From an uncultured Methanoregulaceae archaeon (GTDB lineage: Archaea > Halobacteriota > Methanomicrobia > Methanomicrobiales > Methanospirillaceae), in the NCBI GenBank assembly GCA_963790395.1, contig CAWBOH010000005.1, positions 11,911 through 75,910 on the forward strand: DNA of 64,000 nt, read 5' to 3'. Both the position numbers and the translations under genes were made by a program. Under the pieces are notes generated by a model. That model did no database searches. It saw nothing but the letters and a program-made list of their open reading frames with translations, and was not told the DNA's origin. Numbering within the stretch: position 1 is the first letter of the stretch; every line of letters starts with the position of its first letter. Below, piece by piece: positions 10,301 through 20,519 of the stretch.

Positions 10301-11316
10301 ACCTGGGAGTGCCATACACCCAGGCAATAACCGCCAGCGGAGGGACTGCTCCTTACACGTATATCAATACGACCGGTGCCCTGCCAGGAGGTTTGTCACT
10401 GAGCAGTGGAGGTAGCCTGTCTGGCACTCCCACATCTGCGGGAACTTTTGTCTTCACGGTGAATGCTACTGACGCTAACAATTTCAATGGAACGAGAACA
10501 TACAGCCTGACTGTCAATTCGCAGCCAACGATCACGCTCTCGCCGTCAAGTCTCTCTGCAATCTACCTGGGAATGCCATACACCCAGGCAATAACCGCCA
10601 GCGGAGGGACTGCTCCTTACACGTATATCAATACGACCGGTGCCCTGCCAGGCGGTTTGTCACTGAGCAGTGGAGGTAGCCTGTCTGGCACTCCCATATC
10701 TGCGGGAACTTTTGTCTTCACGGTGAATGCTACTGACGCTAACAATTTCAATGGAACGAGAACATACAGCCTGACTGTCAATTCGCAGCCAACGATCACG
10801 CTCTCGCCGTCAAGTCTCTCTGCAATCTACCTGGGAATGCCATACACCCAGGCAATAACCGCCAGCGGAGGGACTGCTCCTTACACGTATATCAATACGA
10901 CCGGTGCCCTGCCAGGCGGTTTGTCACTGAGCAGTGGAGGTAGCCTGTCTGGCACTCCCACATCTGCGGGAACTTTTGTCTTCACGGTGAATGCTACTGA
11001 CGCCAACAATTTCAATGGAACGAGAACATACAGCCTGACTGTCAATTCGCAGCCAACGATCACACTCTCACCAGAAAGCCTCTCGGCAATTCCTGTGGAC
11101 AGTCCGTACACCCAGGCAATAACCGCCAGCGGAGGGACTGCTCCTTACACGTATATTAATACGACCGGTGCCCTGCCAGACGGACTATCCCTAAGTACCG
11201 AAGGTTTAATCTCAGGTACTCCGACAGTTACGGGAACGTTCGGTTTTAGAGTAAATGCGACTGATGCCAACAATTTCAATGGTACACGACTCTACAGCCT
11301 TGAAGTTACAACCTGA
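7333..11316 (+). CDS. Large secreted surface protein: signal peptide, IPT/TIG domain with inserted 7x LVIVD propeller, PKD, 6x 46-aa repeat module, 2 PKD, 4 putative Ig (He_PIG-like) domains
   Basis: GNYAYVAS..ALEIVDVTNP repeats, WDFGDG/WSFGDG PKD motifs, GALPGGLSL..SGTPT Ig motifs; start may be ATG 7360. Confidence 0.9.
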   Translation: MMSAVGGRKMRSYLIIICLVLLLTPAVAGAEVPAVTAITPAYGANSSTIAITNLAGANFTTGATVILTPVTVNPAHKGSISNGAGGALLSSPQGVFVSGNYAYVASSGSNALEIVDVTNPSAPIHKGNISNGAGGALLSSPQSVFVSGNYAYVASYISSALEIVDISNPAAPVHKGSLSNANLSNAQSVFVAGNYAYVASPGSNALEIVDVTNPAVPVHKGSITNPSLLNPKSVFLAGNYAYVASSGSNVLEIVDVTNPAVPVHKGSSTTIFSPSSVYVSGNYAYVTSYGSNALVIVDVTNPAIPQNIGTISNAYLNNPQSVFVAGNYAYVSSAGTSNALEIVNVTNPANPVHLGSISNGAGGALLSNPKSVFVSGNYAHVASYGSNALEIVDIGTVTATGVNVVSANKITCSVNLSNKVTGTYNVVVINPDGKFGTLLGGFTINNAPVASFYGTPLTGAAPLTVTFTDTSANNPTSWNWSFGDGTFSTTQNPAHTYSQGGVYTVSLSATSDKGTNTLARTDYIAVTSTENDGIAIFRPSSGYWYFDNYLDGVVDTSFRYGKSGDQPVKGNWQGTGRDGIAIFRPSSGYWYFDYNLSGVVDNSFRFGKSGDQPIVGNWSGTGRDGIAIFRPSSGYWYFDYNLDGVVDNSFRFGKSGDQPVKGNWQGTGRDSIAIFRPSSGYWYFDYNLDGVVDNSFRFGKSGDQPVKGNWQGTGRDSIAIFRPASGYWYFDYNLSGVVDKSFRYGKLDDQPITGDWQGTGRDGIAIFRPSSGYWYFDTFLDGVVDTSFRYGKLGDQIIAAKWISLAPTAAFTAESSAGTVPLTVQFTSQSTGTALLTYAWDFGDGNTSASQNPSHVYASVGTYSVNLTVTNAAGNSSLLRTDYITVSPAPEAPVAAFTADPLSGTAPLTVDFTSQSTGTLPRTYAWDFTNNGDNESSLQNPSHVYSTPGTYSVKLSVTNAAGSNSTIRSNYITVTAPGITLSPSSLSAVYLGVPYTQAITASGGTAPYTYINTTGALPGGLSLSSGGSLSGTPTSAGTFVFTVNATDANNFNGTRTYSLTVNSQPTITLSPSSLSAIYLGMPYTQAITASGGTAPYTYINTTGALPGGLSLSSGGSLSGTPISAGTFVFTVNATDANNFNGTRTYSLTVNSQPTITLSPSSLSAIYLGMPYTQAITASGGTAPYTYINTTGALPGGLSLSSGGSLSGTPTSAGTFVFTVNATDANNFNGTRTYSLTVNSQPTITLSPESLSAIPVDSPYTQAITASGGTAPYTYINTTGALPDGLSLSTEGLISGTPTVTGTFGFRVNATDANNFNGTRLYSLEVTT
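8926..9738 (+). repeat. Six tandem 138-bp (46-aa) coding repeats DGIAIFRPSSGYWYFD..., copy 1 of shared module
   Basis: Directly visible in DNA and protein. Confidence 0.95.
10267..11313 (+). repeat. Four tandem 264-bp (88-aa) Ig-domain repeats, first three nearly identical
   Basis: Units start near 10270, 10534, 10798 and 11062; antisense ORFs recur every 264 bp. Confidence 0.95.
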
Positions 11317-11880
11317 ATAAAAAATTTTTTAAAAATAACTGAATTATCGCTGTATTATTCCCAGTCCGAAAGCACCGACTAATGCATCAAACGGATTTGC
11401 CATGTCGGTACCACGGTAGATATCCTTAAAAATGTTTAATATTTTTTTCGTGACCAAGAGCATTTTTCAGATGTAATTTTAGGATTTTAGCATTCCGGGC
11501 ACCCACTTGTTTTAATCGTGTCGATTCATTGCCCGGCTGCACTCTCCGGAATATTTGTCATGGTTGAAATCTGATGGATTATCTGTTGTTCCGGAACCAT
11601 TCCAGTACAGAACATATCCAGGCTTGTTTTTTCAATTTTTTTTAATTATTTTTGATCCGGATTTTACTCAGTGTTTTCATATTCCAAATGCCCAATCCAA
11701 CCCTCGTGCAATGGTAACTTTTTAATTCAGGTATCATGATGATAAAATACAGACCAGAATGTTTAAATTACTCTAATAAAATATATTCCCCCAATCTTCA
11801 TCATCAGCTATACTACTGCTATCGTGGAGTCGGAATCATTGATTCCGGTACTCGGAAATGAAATGAAGGATGTTAACTGT

Positions 11881-14220
11881 ATGACACAAAGGTCTGAAGG
11901 ATTAAAAGGGCGATCCGGATCACCCGGTATTTCGGGTGGCACTTGGCGCCTCCTGTTATTTTCAGTGTTACTTGTGGCGATGCTCCCGTTCGGGGTTAGT
12001 GCATTTATGTTCCACAATGACACTGCCCATACCGGGGTGTATAATGATGGAGGAACACACCCGAATAATGTCCTGTTATGGAACCATTCGTTTGGAGGTT
12101 TTCAATACCTCAATGCAACGGAATATACGTATGTAATGGATAACAGCACATATGCAAGTCCCACCGTCGTGGACGGTGTTGTCTACGAGGGGAGCCTTGG
12201 CAACCATATGAAGGCCTTTAATGCAGCGACGGGTGCAGTGCTCTGGGACCAAACATTCGCAGGGGACATTCACGCAAGTGCAGCAGTAGTGAATGATGTC
12301 GTCTATTTCACAACCTATGATGGCAAATTATATGCCCTCAATGCTGCAACAGGTGTCTCTGTCTGGGGGTCTCCTTCCCCAGCTGACATTGGTGGAGCAG
12401 GCCATTCAAGTCCCGCAGTAGTGAACAATGTTGTTTATGTCGGCAGTGATAACGGTAATATTTCTGCATTCAGCACTACCGATGGTTCCCTCATATGGAG
12501 TAATCGAACAAACGTTACAGCGGTTACCAGAATGCATTCAAGTCCCGCAGTCATGAACGGTGTTGTCTATATAGGGTCTGAAGACAACGATGTTTATGCC
12601 TTAAACGCAACGAATGGTGTGGTTCTTTGGCACACTGCAACCGGTGGTCCTATTTTATCAAGCCCGGCCGTTGCAGGTGGTGTTGTGTACGTGGGAAGCG
12701 ATGACGAAGTTTTATACGCATTGAATGCAGCCACGGGTGGAGTGATCGGGGGATATGCAACGACCAATGGAATTCGATCAGCTCCTGCGGTTGCAGATGG
12801 TGTGGTCTACGTTGGCAATAACGACGGGATTGTATATGCCATCAGTACCGCCACGCTTTTACCGGTATGGACATTCCCAACTGGTGACAGCGTTGTCTCA
12901 AGCCCTGCAGTAGCAAACGGAATTGTGTACGTGGGAAGCTACGATGGCAAGATTTACGCCATCCACGCCAGTAATGGAACTGAATACTGGAACTACACAA
13001 CACAACCTGTTGCCGTACGCAACTGGATATACTCCAGTCCCGCCGTTGCAAACGGCGTAGTTTACATTGGTGGTGGGGAGGGCAACACCAACCTGTATGC
13101 AATCGGGAACCAGACCGCTGGACCTGTTGCACCTGTTGCAGCATTTACCTCTAATGTACGGAATGGAACAATTCCACTTACCGTACAATTCACCAACCAG
13201 TCAACCGGGACCCACCCGATGACTTATGCATGGGACTTCAATAACGATGGAACGATCGATAACACCACTCCAAGCCCATCGTACACCTATATCTCTGCAG
13301 GTGTTTATACCGTCAATCTTACCGTGACAAATACTGCGGGAAGTGACTCCGAAGTCAAGACCGCGTGGATAAATGCCACCGCAGCACCTTCGGCCGGGAA
13401 TGAAGGGATAGCGATCTTCCGTAACACCAGCGGGTACTGGTACTTTGATAACAACCTCGATGGAACCGTAAATAATTCCTTCAGGTTCGGGAAGCTTGAC
13501 GATCAGCCCCTTAAAGGAGACTGGTCAGGTACGGGAAGCGACGGCATAGCGATCTTCCGCCCGGCAAGCGGGTACTGGTACTTTGACAACAACCTCAACG
13601 GAGGAGTCGATAACTCCTTCAGGTTCGGGAAACTTGGCGACCAGCCCCTTAAAGGACACTGGTTGAGTATGGGCGATGACGGTATAGCGATCTTCCGCCC
13701 GGTAAGCGGGTACTGGTACTTTGATCACAACCTCGATGGATCTGTTGATAACTCGTTCAGGTTCGGGAAACTTGGCGATCAGCCCCTTACAGGAGACTGG
13801 TCAGGTACGGGAAGTGACGGCATAGCGATCTTCCGCCCGGCAAGCGGGTACTGGTACTTCGATAACAACCGCGATGGAGCCGTAAATAACTCGTTCAGGT
13901 TCGGAAAGCTTGGCGACGAGCCCCTCTCAGGAGACTGGCAGGGAACGAACACCGATGGAATAGCGATCTTCCGGCCATCCAGCGGGTACTGGTACTTTGA
14001 TTACAACCGCGACGGAACTGTCGATAATTCCTTCAGGTTCGGAAAGCTTGGCGACCAGCCCATCAAAGGCGACTGGCAGGGTACGGGAAGTGACGGTATA
14101 GCGATCTACCGGCCATCCAGCGGGTACTGGTACTTTGATTACAACCTCGATGGGACTGTCGATGCATCCTTCAGGTTTGGGAAACTTGGTGATCAGCCCA
14201 TCGCCGGAATGTGGGTTTAA
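11881..14220 (+). CDS. Secreted PQQ-like/BamB-type eight-bladed beta-propeller protein with PKD and C-terminal 6x 46-aa repeat module
   Basis: Signal peptide ending VSA; eight SSPAV.GVVYVGS-type blades; WDFNNDG PKD; start could be 11824 or 11863. Confidence 0.88.
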   Translation: MTQRSEGLKGRSGSPGISGGTWRLLLFSVLLVAMLPFGVSAFMFHNDTAHTGVYNDGGTHPNNVLLWNHSFGGFQYLNATEYTYVMDNSTYASPTVVDGVVYEGSLGNHMKAFNAATGAVLWDQTFAGDIHASAAVVNDVVYFTTYDGKLYALNAATGVSVWGSPSPADIGGAGHSSPAVVNNVVYVGSDNGNISAFSTTDGSLIWSNRTNVTAVTRMHSSPAVMNGVVYIGSEDNDVYALNATNGVVLWHTATGGPILSSPAVAGGVVYVGSDDEVLYALNAATGGVIGGYATTNGIRSAPAVADGVVYVGNNDGIVYAISTATLLPVWTFPTGDSVVSSPAVANGIVYVGSYDGKIYAIHASNGTEYWNYTTQPVAVRNWIYSSPAVANGVVYIGGGEGNTNLYAIGNQTAGPVAPVAAFTSNVRNGTIPLTVQFTNQSTGTHPMTYAWDFNNDGTIDNTTPSPSYTYISAGVYTVNLTVTNTAGSDSEVKTAWINATAAPSAGNEGIAIFRNTSGYWYFDNNLDGTVNNSFRFGKLDDQPLKGDWSGTGSDGIAIFRPASGYWYFDNNLNGGVDNSFRFGKLGDQPLKGHWLSMGDDGIAIFRPVSGYWYFDHNLDGSVDNSFRFGKLGDQPLTGDWSGTGSDGIAIFRPASGYWYFDNNRDGAVNNSFRFGKLGDEPLSGDWQGTNTDGIAIFRPSSGYWYFDYNRDGTVDNSFRFGKLGDQPIKGDWQGTGSDGIAIYRPSSGYWYFDYNLDGTVDASFRFGKLGDQPIAGMWV
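13402..14217 (+). repeat. Six tandem 138-bp coding repeats, copy 2 of shared module
   Basis: GIAIFRPxSGYWYFDxNxDG...FRFGKLGDQP..GDW units. Confidence 0.95.
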
Positions 14221-14407
14221 ACAGGTATCCTCAGAAATAAATTTTTTTCTTTTTTGCCCATTGCGGAATATATTACCAGCGGATTCTGGATGGGTTTGGG
14301 GCATCATGATTTTAATTATTCATGCCAAATCCTGAAGAGCTCCGGATTTGCATTTTCATAACGGGTACGATAGTGAACTTAATAATTGTCCAGATCAATA
14401 CAGAATC

Positions 14408-17155
14408 ATGCAATCATCACCGGGGATTGTTATATTTGTACTATTTTTGATTATTTGTTCTTCTTTCCTCATCCCGACTGTCGGTGCTTCCGGCACAAAC
14501 AACACACTCACTATGTCCCAGAATATCAGTTCATCGCAGTTGGAAAAAATCCCCGAAATTCCTGTTCCTGATATAACCCCGGCCCCAACGGTTATCACCT
14601 CATCACTCATCACAAAATTATCCTCTTCTCCGGTCACGAACAAGAACCAGCGTCTCGCTCCATTAAACCCGGATTATATTGCCTATAAAAATACTGTCAC
14701 TGAAAAAAATGATGCCGGTCTTCAAAAACTCATGCTGGCTTCAGAAAACCGCCAACGTGGACTCGGTTTCATTCCTCCAACAACAAACCTTTCCTATACA
14801 ACAGGGCAGGATGTTTCAGAATATATCCGGTCTGATCCCGTATCAGATAATTTCCCAATCACTGCCGGACCATATCCCTCACACTTTGATCTACGAACTC
14901 TTTCAAAGGTGACCCCGGTAAAAAACCAGGGTGGATCAGGAAGTTGCTGGGCGTTTGCCACGTATGCCTCTCTTGAATCCTCCCTTCTCCCGGGTGAATT
15001 CTGGAATTTTTCAGAAAATAACATGAAAAATCTCCTGTCAGATACCTACCCGGAAGGATTTGACCGGATTGCTTCCGGTGGCGGGAATGCTCTTATGTCA
15101 ACTGCATATCTTGCCCGCTGGACAGGTCCGGTTAATGATGCAGATGATCCATATAATGACACATCCACAACCTCTCCAACGAACATAACCCCCATAAAAC
15201 ATGTCCAGAATGTCATCTTCCTGCCGAACCGGGCGAATACTACCGATAACAACAATATAAAATCGGCCCTGATGACGTACGGGGTCGTTTATACTACGAT
15301 GTATATGAATAGTGTTTATCCTTACTTCAATAATACAAACAATGCATACTATTATCCTTATTTTGAAAATTCGAATCATGCCGTGGGAATTGTCGGATGG
15401 GATGACAATTACAGCAGGTACAACTTCACTACAAACCCGGGAGCAGACGGTGCATTTATAATTAAAAACAGTTGGGGTACTTCCTTTGGAGAACAGGGTT
15501 ATTTCTATGTCTCCTATTTCGATCCAAAGATTGGAAAATATAATTCCGTATTTACCGCAGAAAGTGCTCAGAATTATGACAAAATTTATCAGTATGATCC
15601 TTTAGGGTGGGTGACTAATTTCGGAGGGGGAGTTAATTCCGAATGGGGAGCTAACGTTTTCACGAGCAATTCATCAGAAACACTCTCTGCCATGAGTTTC
15701 TATGCGGTACGATACAAATACCTCGTATGAGCTTGTATATTTATAAAAATCCGAATAACGGGCCAGTTAATACAACGGGTTATTCATACAGGGAGGAAGG
15801 GATAATTTCTGGTCCTCCGGGATATTATACGAAAACAATCAGTCCCGGAATACCCCTTCTGGAAAATGATACATTTTCTGTCGTCATGAATCTGACAACA
15901 AAGAACACCCTGTATCCTCTTCCGGTAGAATATGCTGAAGGGGGGTACTCATCTCAGGCTACTGCCCATCCCGGTGAAAGTTTTTTCAGCGATGATGGTG
16001 GACAAACCTGGCTGGATATAACAGAATTTGATCCCACGGAAAATATTTGTTTTAAGGCATTTACGATATTCACTCCTCCCACAGCTGCGTTTTCTGCAAA
16101 CGTAACTTCCGGTCATGCACCGCTTACCGTTGAATTCACTGACAATTCCACAGGTTCACCGACAGCATGGAACTGGTCGTTCGGTGATGGGAATGTCACT
16201 GATGCAACCGTGCAAAATCCGGTTCACACGTACGCGAGTGGTGGTAAATTCACGGTTTCGTTGACTGCAACCAGTCTTGGACGTTCCAATACAACAACAA
16301 AGACAAAATATATCAGTGTACATGGCGGGAATGACGGTATAGCGATCTTCCGGCCTTCAACCGGTTATTGGTATTTCGATTATAATCTCGATGGAATTGT
16401 CGATAACTCCTACAGGTACGGGAGGGCTGACGATCAGATTATCAAAGGTGACTGGCAGGGGACTGGATCTGATGGTATAGCGATCTTCCGTCCATCGAGC
16501 GGGTACTGGTATTTTGATTATAATAATGATGGAATTGTCGATAATTCCTACCGGTATCGGAAAGCTGGGTGACCAGCCTATCAGCCGGAAACTGGTCTGG
16601 GACGGGATCTGATGGTATAGCGATCTTCCGTCCATCGAGCGGGTACTGGTATTTTGATTATAATCTCACTGGAACGGTTAACCAGTCCTACCGGTATCGG
16701 AAAGCTGGGTGACCAGCCTATCACCGGAAACTGGTCTGGGACGGGATCTGATGGTATAGCGATCTTCCGTCCATCGAGCGGGTACTGGTATTTTGATTAT
16801 CATCTCACTGGAACGGTTAACCAGTCCTACCGGTTCGGAAAGCTGGGTGACCAGCCTATCAGCCGGCAACTGGTCTGGGACGGGATCTGATGGTATAGCG
16901 ATCTTCCGTCCATCGAGCGGGTACTGGTATTTTGATTATAATCTCACTGGAATGGTTAACCAGTCCTTCAGGTTCGGGAATGCTGATGACCAGATTATCA
17001 AAGGTGACTGGTCTGGGACGGGATCTGATGGTATAGCGATCTTCCGTCCATCGAGCGGGTACTGGTATTTTGATTACGACCTTGATGGAATTGTTGATAA
17101 ATCCTTCCGGTTCGGGAAACCTGGCGACCAGGCTATTGTGGGAAAATGGGCTTAA
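14408..17155 (+). CDS. Secreted papain-family (C1A) cysteine protease with lectin-like domain, PKD and 6x 46-aa repeat module; interrupted by six +1 frameshifts (probably artefacts)
   Basis: QGGSGSCWAFA (Cys), NHAVGIVGW (His), IIKNSWG (Asn); ORF pieces 14348, 15727, 16654 and 16793 join into about 913 aa when single bases at 15707-10, 15732-35, 16555-58, 16583-86, 16695-98 and 16861-64 are removed. Confidence 0.85.
16333..17152 (+). repeat. Six tandem ~138-bp coding repeats, copy 3 of shared module
   Basis: gatggtatagcgatcttccgtccatcgagcgggtactggtattttgat-type units. Confidence 0.93.
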
Positions 17156-17494
17156 AAAAAAAAGTTATGATTTTTTACTTGTGTCTCTGTACCTTCGGTA
17201 TTATTGACACCTGACAGGTAAAATATCTCCATAACGATATTTTTTAAAAAAACCAACGTTACTTGGAATCATACACCCATAGCATGTCCCATTATCCTGG
17301 AATGATGTCGATTATCACTATGACTCTGTCAATCTTTTTTTTGTGCTGTTCTCATTTGTGCAGATAATACTCCGTCCTTTTTTAAATATGATAGATTTAT
17401 CCGCCAGAAAAATAAATTAAAAAGAAAAAAGATTTAAAAAAATGTCATTCTATTCAATACAGTATTTAGTATCTATTTACAGAGGGGGATAGTT

Positions 17495-18433
17495 ATTCGG
17501 GTACTTATTACCGGAGGAGCAGGGTTCATTGGATCTCATTTGACTGAGCATTTTTTACGAGATCCCGAATGTGAAGTTATCTGTCTTGATAATTTTGATG
17601 ACTATTACAGTCCTCAGATAAAAAAAAGAAATATTGATCAATTTGCCTCGTTTTCCAATTTCACGCTTATCAAGGGGGATATACGGGACACATCCCTCCT
17701 GAAAAAAATTATGATCGATATTGATTATATTTTTCATGAAGCTGCCCAGGCCGGGGTGAGAATTTCTGTTAACGATCCGATTAAACCTCATGAGGTGAAC
17801 GCTACCGGAACCCTGAATCTTTTGGATACTGCTAAAGATGCGGATGTGAAAAAAATAATCAATGCCTCTTCCTCGTCAGTGTATGGTAAAATGAAATACC
17901 TTCCTTTCGATGAGGCACATCCAACAGAGCCTATATCTCCCTATGGTGTTTCAAAGCTGATGGCTGAGCATTACTGCAGAGTTTTTCAGGAACTGTACGC
18001 TCTGAAAACGGTCTCCTTACGGTATTTTACTGTATATGGCCCACGAATGAGGCCGGACCTGGCAATTCATATTTTTTTACACAGAGCGTTACTCAATGAG
18101 CCCATTACAATTTATGGTGATGGGACAAAAAGCCGGGATTTTACCTATATTGACGATATTGTACAGGCAAATGTCAGGGCAATGGATAAAGGTACTGGTG
18201 TATACAATATAGGAGGAGGCTATAATATTACCGTGCAGCAATTAGCTGAAAAAATCATTGCTGTCGCCCGGAGTACATCAAAAATTACGTATGAAAATGC
18301 TGTGAAAGGTGATGCTGAGCATACGTCAGCAAATATTACAAAGGCCGCAAAGGAACTGGGATGGGTACCGAAAACAACCTTTGATGAAGGATTGGAGATC
18401 TATAAAAAATGGATTCAACACTGTCAATTATAA
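17495..18433 (+). CDS. NAD-dependent nucleotide-sugar epimerase/dehydratase (extended SDR)
   Basis: RVLITGGAGFIGS lies in frame upstream of the tracked TTG; SSSSVYG, YGVSK, YFTVYGPRMRPD; apparent ATT start. Confidence 0.9.
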   Translation: MRVLITGGAGFIGSHLTEHFLRDPECEVICLDNFDDYYSPQIKKRNIDQFASFSNFTLIKGDIRDTSLLKKIMIDIDYIFHEAAQAGVRISVNDPIKPHEVNATGTLNLLDTAKDADVKKIINASSSSVYGKMKYLPFDEAHPTEPISPYGVSKLMAEHYCRVFQELYALKTVSLRYFTVYGPRMRPDLAIHIFLHRALLNEPITIYGDGTKSRDFTYIDDIVQANVRAMDKGTGVYNIGGGYNITVQQLAEKIIAVARSTSKITYENAVKGDAEHTSANITKAAKELGWVPKTTFDEGLEIYKKWIQHCQL

Positions 18434-19353
18434 TTCCGGCTTATAACGAAGAAGACAACATTGATCCGGCTTATAACGAACTTATCAGTGTCCTTGCCAG
18501 AACAGGACATCCATACGAAATTTTGTTTATTGATGATGGATCCACCGATCAAACATTTCAGAAAATGAAATCTCTTCAGCTTAAGGATAATTCGGTCAGG
18601 ATTATTAAATTCAGGAAAAATTTTGGTCAGAGTGCTGCCTTGCAAGCCGGATTTGATTATGCTTCCGGAACTATCCTCATTACCATGGATTCTGACCTTC
18701 AGAATGATCCCCGTGATATTCCTGCCCTGATTGAAAAAATGGAACATGAGGATTTAGATGTTGTCTGCGGCTGGAGGTACAACAGACAGGATCCTGTCTT
18801 TAAAAAAATATTTTCGAAGATGGCAAATTCGTTGAGAAAATTTCTGACGAGGGAAACAATTCATGATTCGGGATGTACATTACGCTCATATCGTAAAGAA
18901 TGTGTCGAGGATATGGAACTTTACGGAGAATTACACCGGTATATACCAGCAGTGCTTCAATGGAAAGGATATCGTGTTGGAGAATTGAAGGTTAATCATC
19001 GTGAACGGACATATGGGTTGTCAAAATATACCTGGAAAAGGCTGATAAAGGGATTCCTTGATCTGATTGTGATTGCATTCTGGCAGAAATATTCTGCCCG
19101 GCCCATGCATATATTTGGAGGATTCGGCTTTATTTTAGGTATTACTGGATTTTTTATCTGTTTATACCTCATTTTTGAAAGACTATTTTTTAATATGGGT
19201 CTTACGGAACGTCCTTTGTTTCTTGTCGGGATCTTATTGCTGGTAGTAGGTATGCAATTCATTGCATTGGGGATCCTGGCAGATATCCTCTTAAAGATCT
19301 ATCATGGACAAAATGAGCGAAAACCGTACCGTGTCGATAAAATACTGAAATGA
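18409..19353 (+). CDS. GT2 glycosyltransferase (polyprenol-phosphate glycosyltransferase, ArnC/DPM-like)
   Basis: IIPAYNEE, DDGSTD, NFGQSAA, MDSDLQNDP, two C-terminal TM helices. Confidence 0.92.
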   Translation: MDSTLSIIIPAYNEEDNIDPAYNELISVLARTGHPYEILFIDDGSTDQTFQKMKSLQLKDNSVRIIKFRKNFGQSAALQAGFDYASGTILITMDSDLQNDPRDIPALIEKMEHEDLDVVCGWRYNRQDPVFKKIFSKMANSLRKFLTRETIHDSGCTLRSYRKECVEDMELYGELHRYIPAVLQWKGYRVGELKVNHRERTYGLSKYTWKRLIKGFLDLIVIAFWQKYSARPMHIFGGFGFILGITGFFICLYLIFERLFFNMGLTERPLFLVGILLLVVGMQFIALGILADILLKIYHGQNERKPYRVDKILK

Positions 19354-20519
19354 AGATCTTATTTATCAATTATGAATGCCCGCCCCTGGGAGGGGGTGGA
19401 GGAGTGGCATCATTTCAGCTTGCACAGGAATTAGCAAAAAGGCATGAAATTGATTACCTGACAACAGGTTTTAAAAATCTCCCAAAATATGAAATTATAA
19501 ATGGGGTTCATGTTTATCGTGTTCCGGTAATAAACAGAAAGGATCTAAGCACGGCTACCTATACCTCCATGCTTTCGTTTGTTCCTGCTGGTTTTCTCAA
19601 AGGTATTGAACTCTGTAAAAAAAAGAAGTATGATTGTATCCATGCCCTGTTCGTAGTACCCTCCGGCATCTGCGGTCTGGGTTTATCCAGGCTTTTCCAG
19701 ATACCTTTGGTGTTAACCGCACTGGGTGGGGATATTTATGATCCCAGTAAACGGCACTCTCCCCATTCCTCACGTATATTAAGATGTGTGATCTCGTTTT
19801 TATTCAATCACTCTGACAGGAATACTGTTGAATCCGACAACCTCAGGCAAATAATCCTTCACTACTACTCGCCGCAACAACCCGTCATTATTATCCCACT
19901 TGGCTTTTTAAGGCCTGTATTTACCCAAAAAAGCCGTGCTGAATTACAGGTCCCGGAAGACAGGACAATCTTTATTTCCGTTGGGAGGCTGGTGAGAAGA
20001 AAAGGGTACGAATATGCAATCCGGGCATTATCGATTCTGCCTTCCGCCTCTTTTCATTATTTCATTATTGGTGACGGTCCTGAAGAAGCCGATCTGAAAA
20101 ACCTGGCAATCACGCTCGGTCTGGAAAATAACATAACATTTTTGGGATATGTACCTGATGAAATGAAATTTCAGTACCTTGCAGTTTCTGACATTTTCCT
20201 CCTGCCTTCAATCCATGAAGGGTTCGGAATCTGCCTTCTTGAGGCAATGCATTGCGGATTGCCTATCGTGTCAACGGATAATGGCGGACAGACGGATATA
20301 TTGAAAAACCGGGTAAATGCACTTCTGGTAACTGGTAATGACAGCGATGCCTTTGCAGTAAAAATCCAGGAACTGTTGCAGGATGAAAACCTGCGAAAGA
20401 ATATCTCGATAAATAACCTGCGTGATATTAAGCACTATTATATCGAAGAAATTGCATCTGATTATGAAACACTGTATATCGATTTGACAAAAACACGATC
20501 CAATGAGGGCACTTCATGA
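19350..20519 (+). CDS. GT4 glycosyltransferase
   Basis: YECPPLGGGGG, VGRLVRRKG, EGFGICLLEAM. Confidence 0.92.
   Translation: MKILFINYECPPLGGGGGVASFQLAQELAKRHEIDYLTTGFKNLPKYEIINGVHVYRVPVINRKDLSTATYTSMLSFVPAGFLKGIELCKKKKYDCIHALFVVPSGICGLGLSRLFQIPLVLTALGGDIYDPSKRHSPHSSRILRCVISFLFNHSDRNTVESDNLRQIILHYYSPQQPVIIIPLGFLRPVFTQKSRAELQVPEDRTIFISVGRLVRRKGYEYAIRALSILPSASFHYFIIGDGPEEADLKNLAITLGLENNITFLGYVPDEMKFQYLAVSDIFLLPSIHEGFGICLLEAMHCGLPIVSTDNGGQTDILKNRVNALLVTGNDSDAFAVKIQELLQDENLRKNISINNLRDIKHYYIEEIASDYETLYIDLTKTRSNEGTS

Noticed and set aside
8926-17152. Regularly spaced conserved DNA motif (agcgggtactggtattttga) resembling a CRISPR array
   Set aside because: The period is 138 bp, the intervening sequence is also conserved and in frame, and no cas genes are present: these are coding repeats
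8926-17152. Diversity-generating retroelement template/variable repeat pair
   Set aside because: No reverse transcriptase or non-coding template copy in the window; differences between copies are not adenine-specific
14408-17155. Protease, F420 reductase and DUF99 genes as pseudogenes or programmed frameshifts
   Set aside because: No slippery runs at the breaks, no in-frame stops after correction, intact catalytic motifs; the pattern fits merged-allele consensus errors
18435-18480. 16-bp direct repeat tccggcttataacgaa (PAYNE twice) at the GT2 N-terminus
   Set aside because: In frame and the protein keeps normal GT2 spacing; no sign of an insertion or regulatory role
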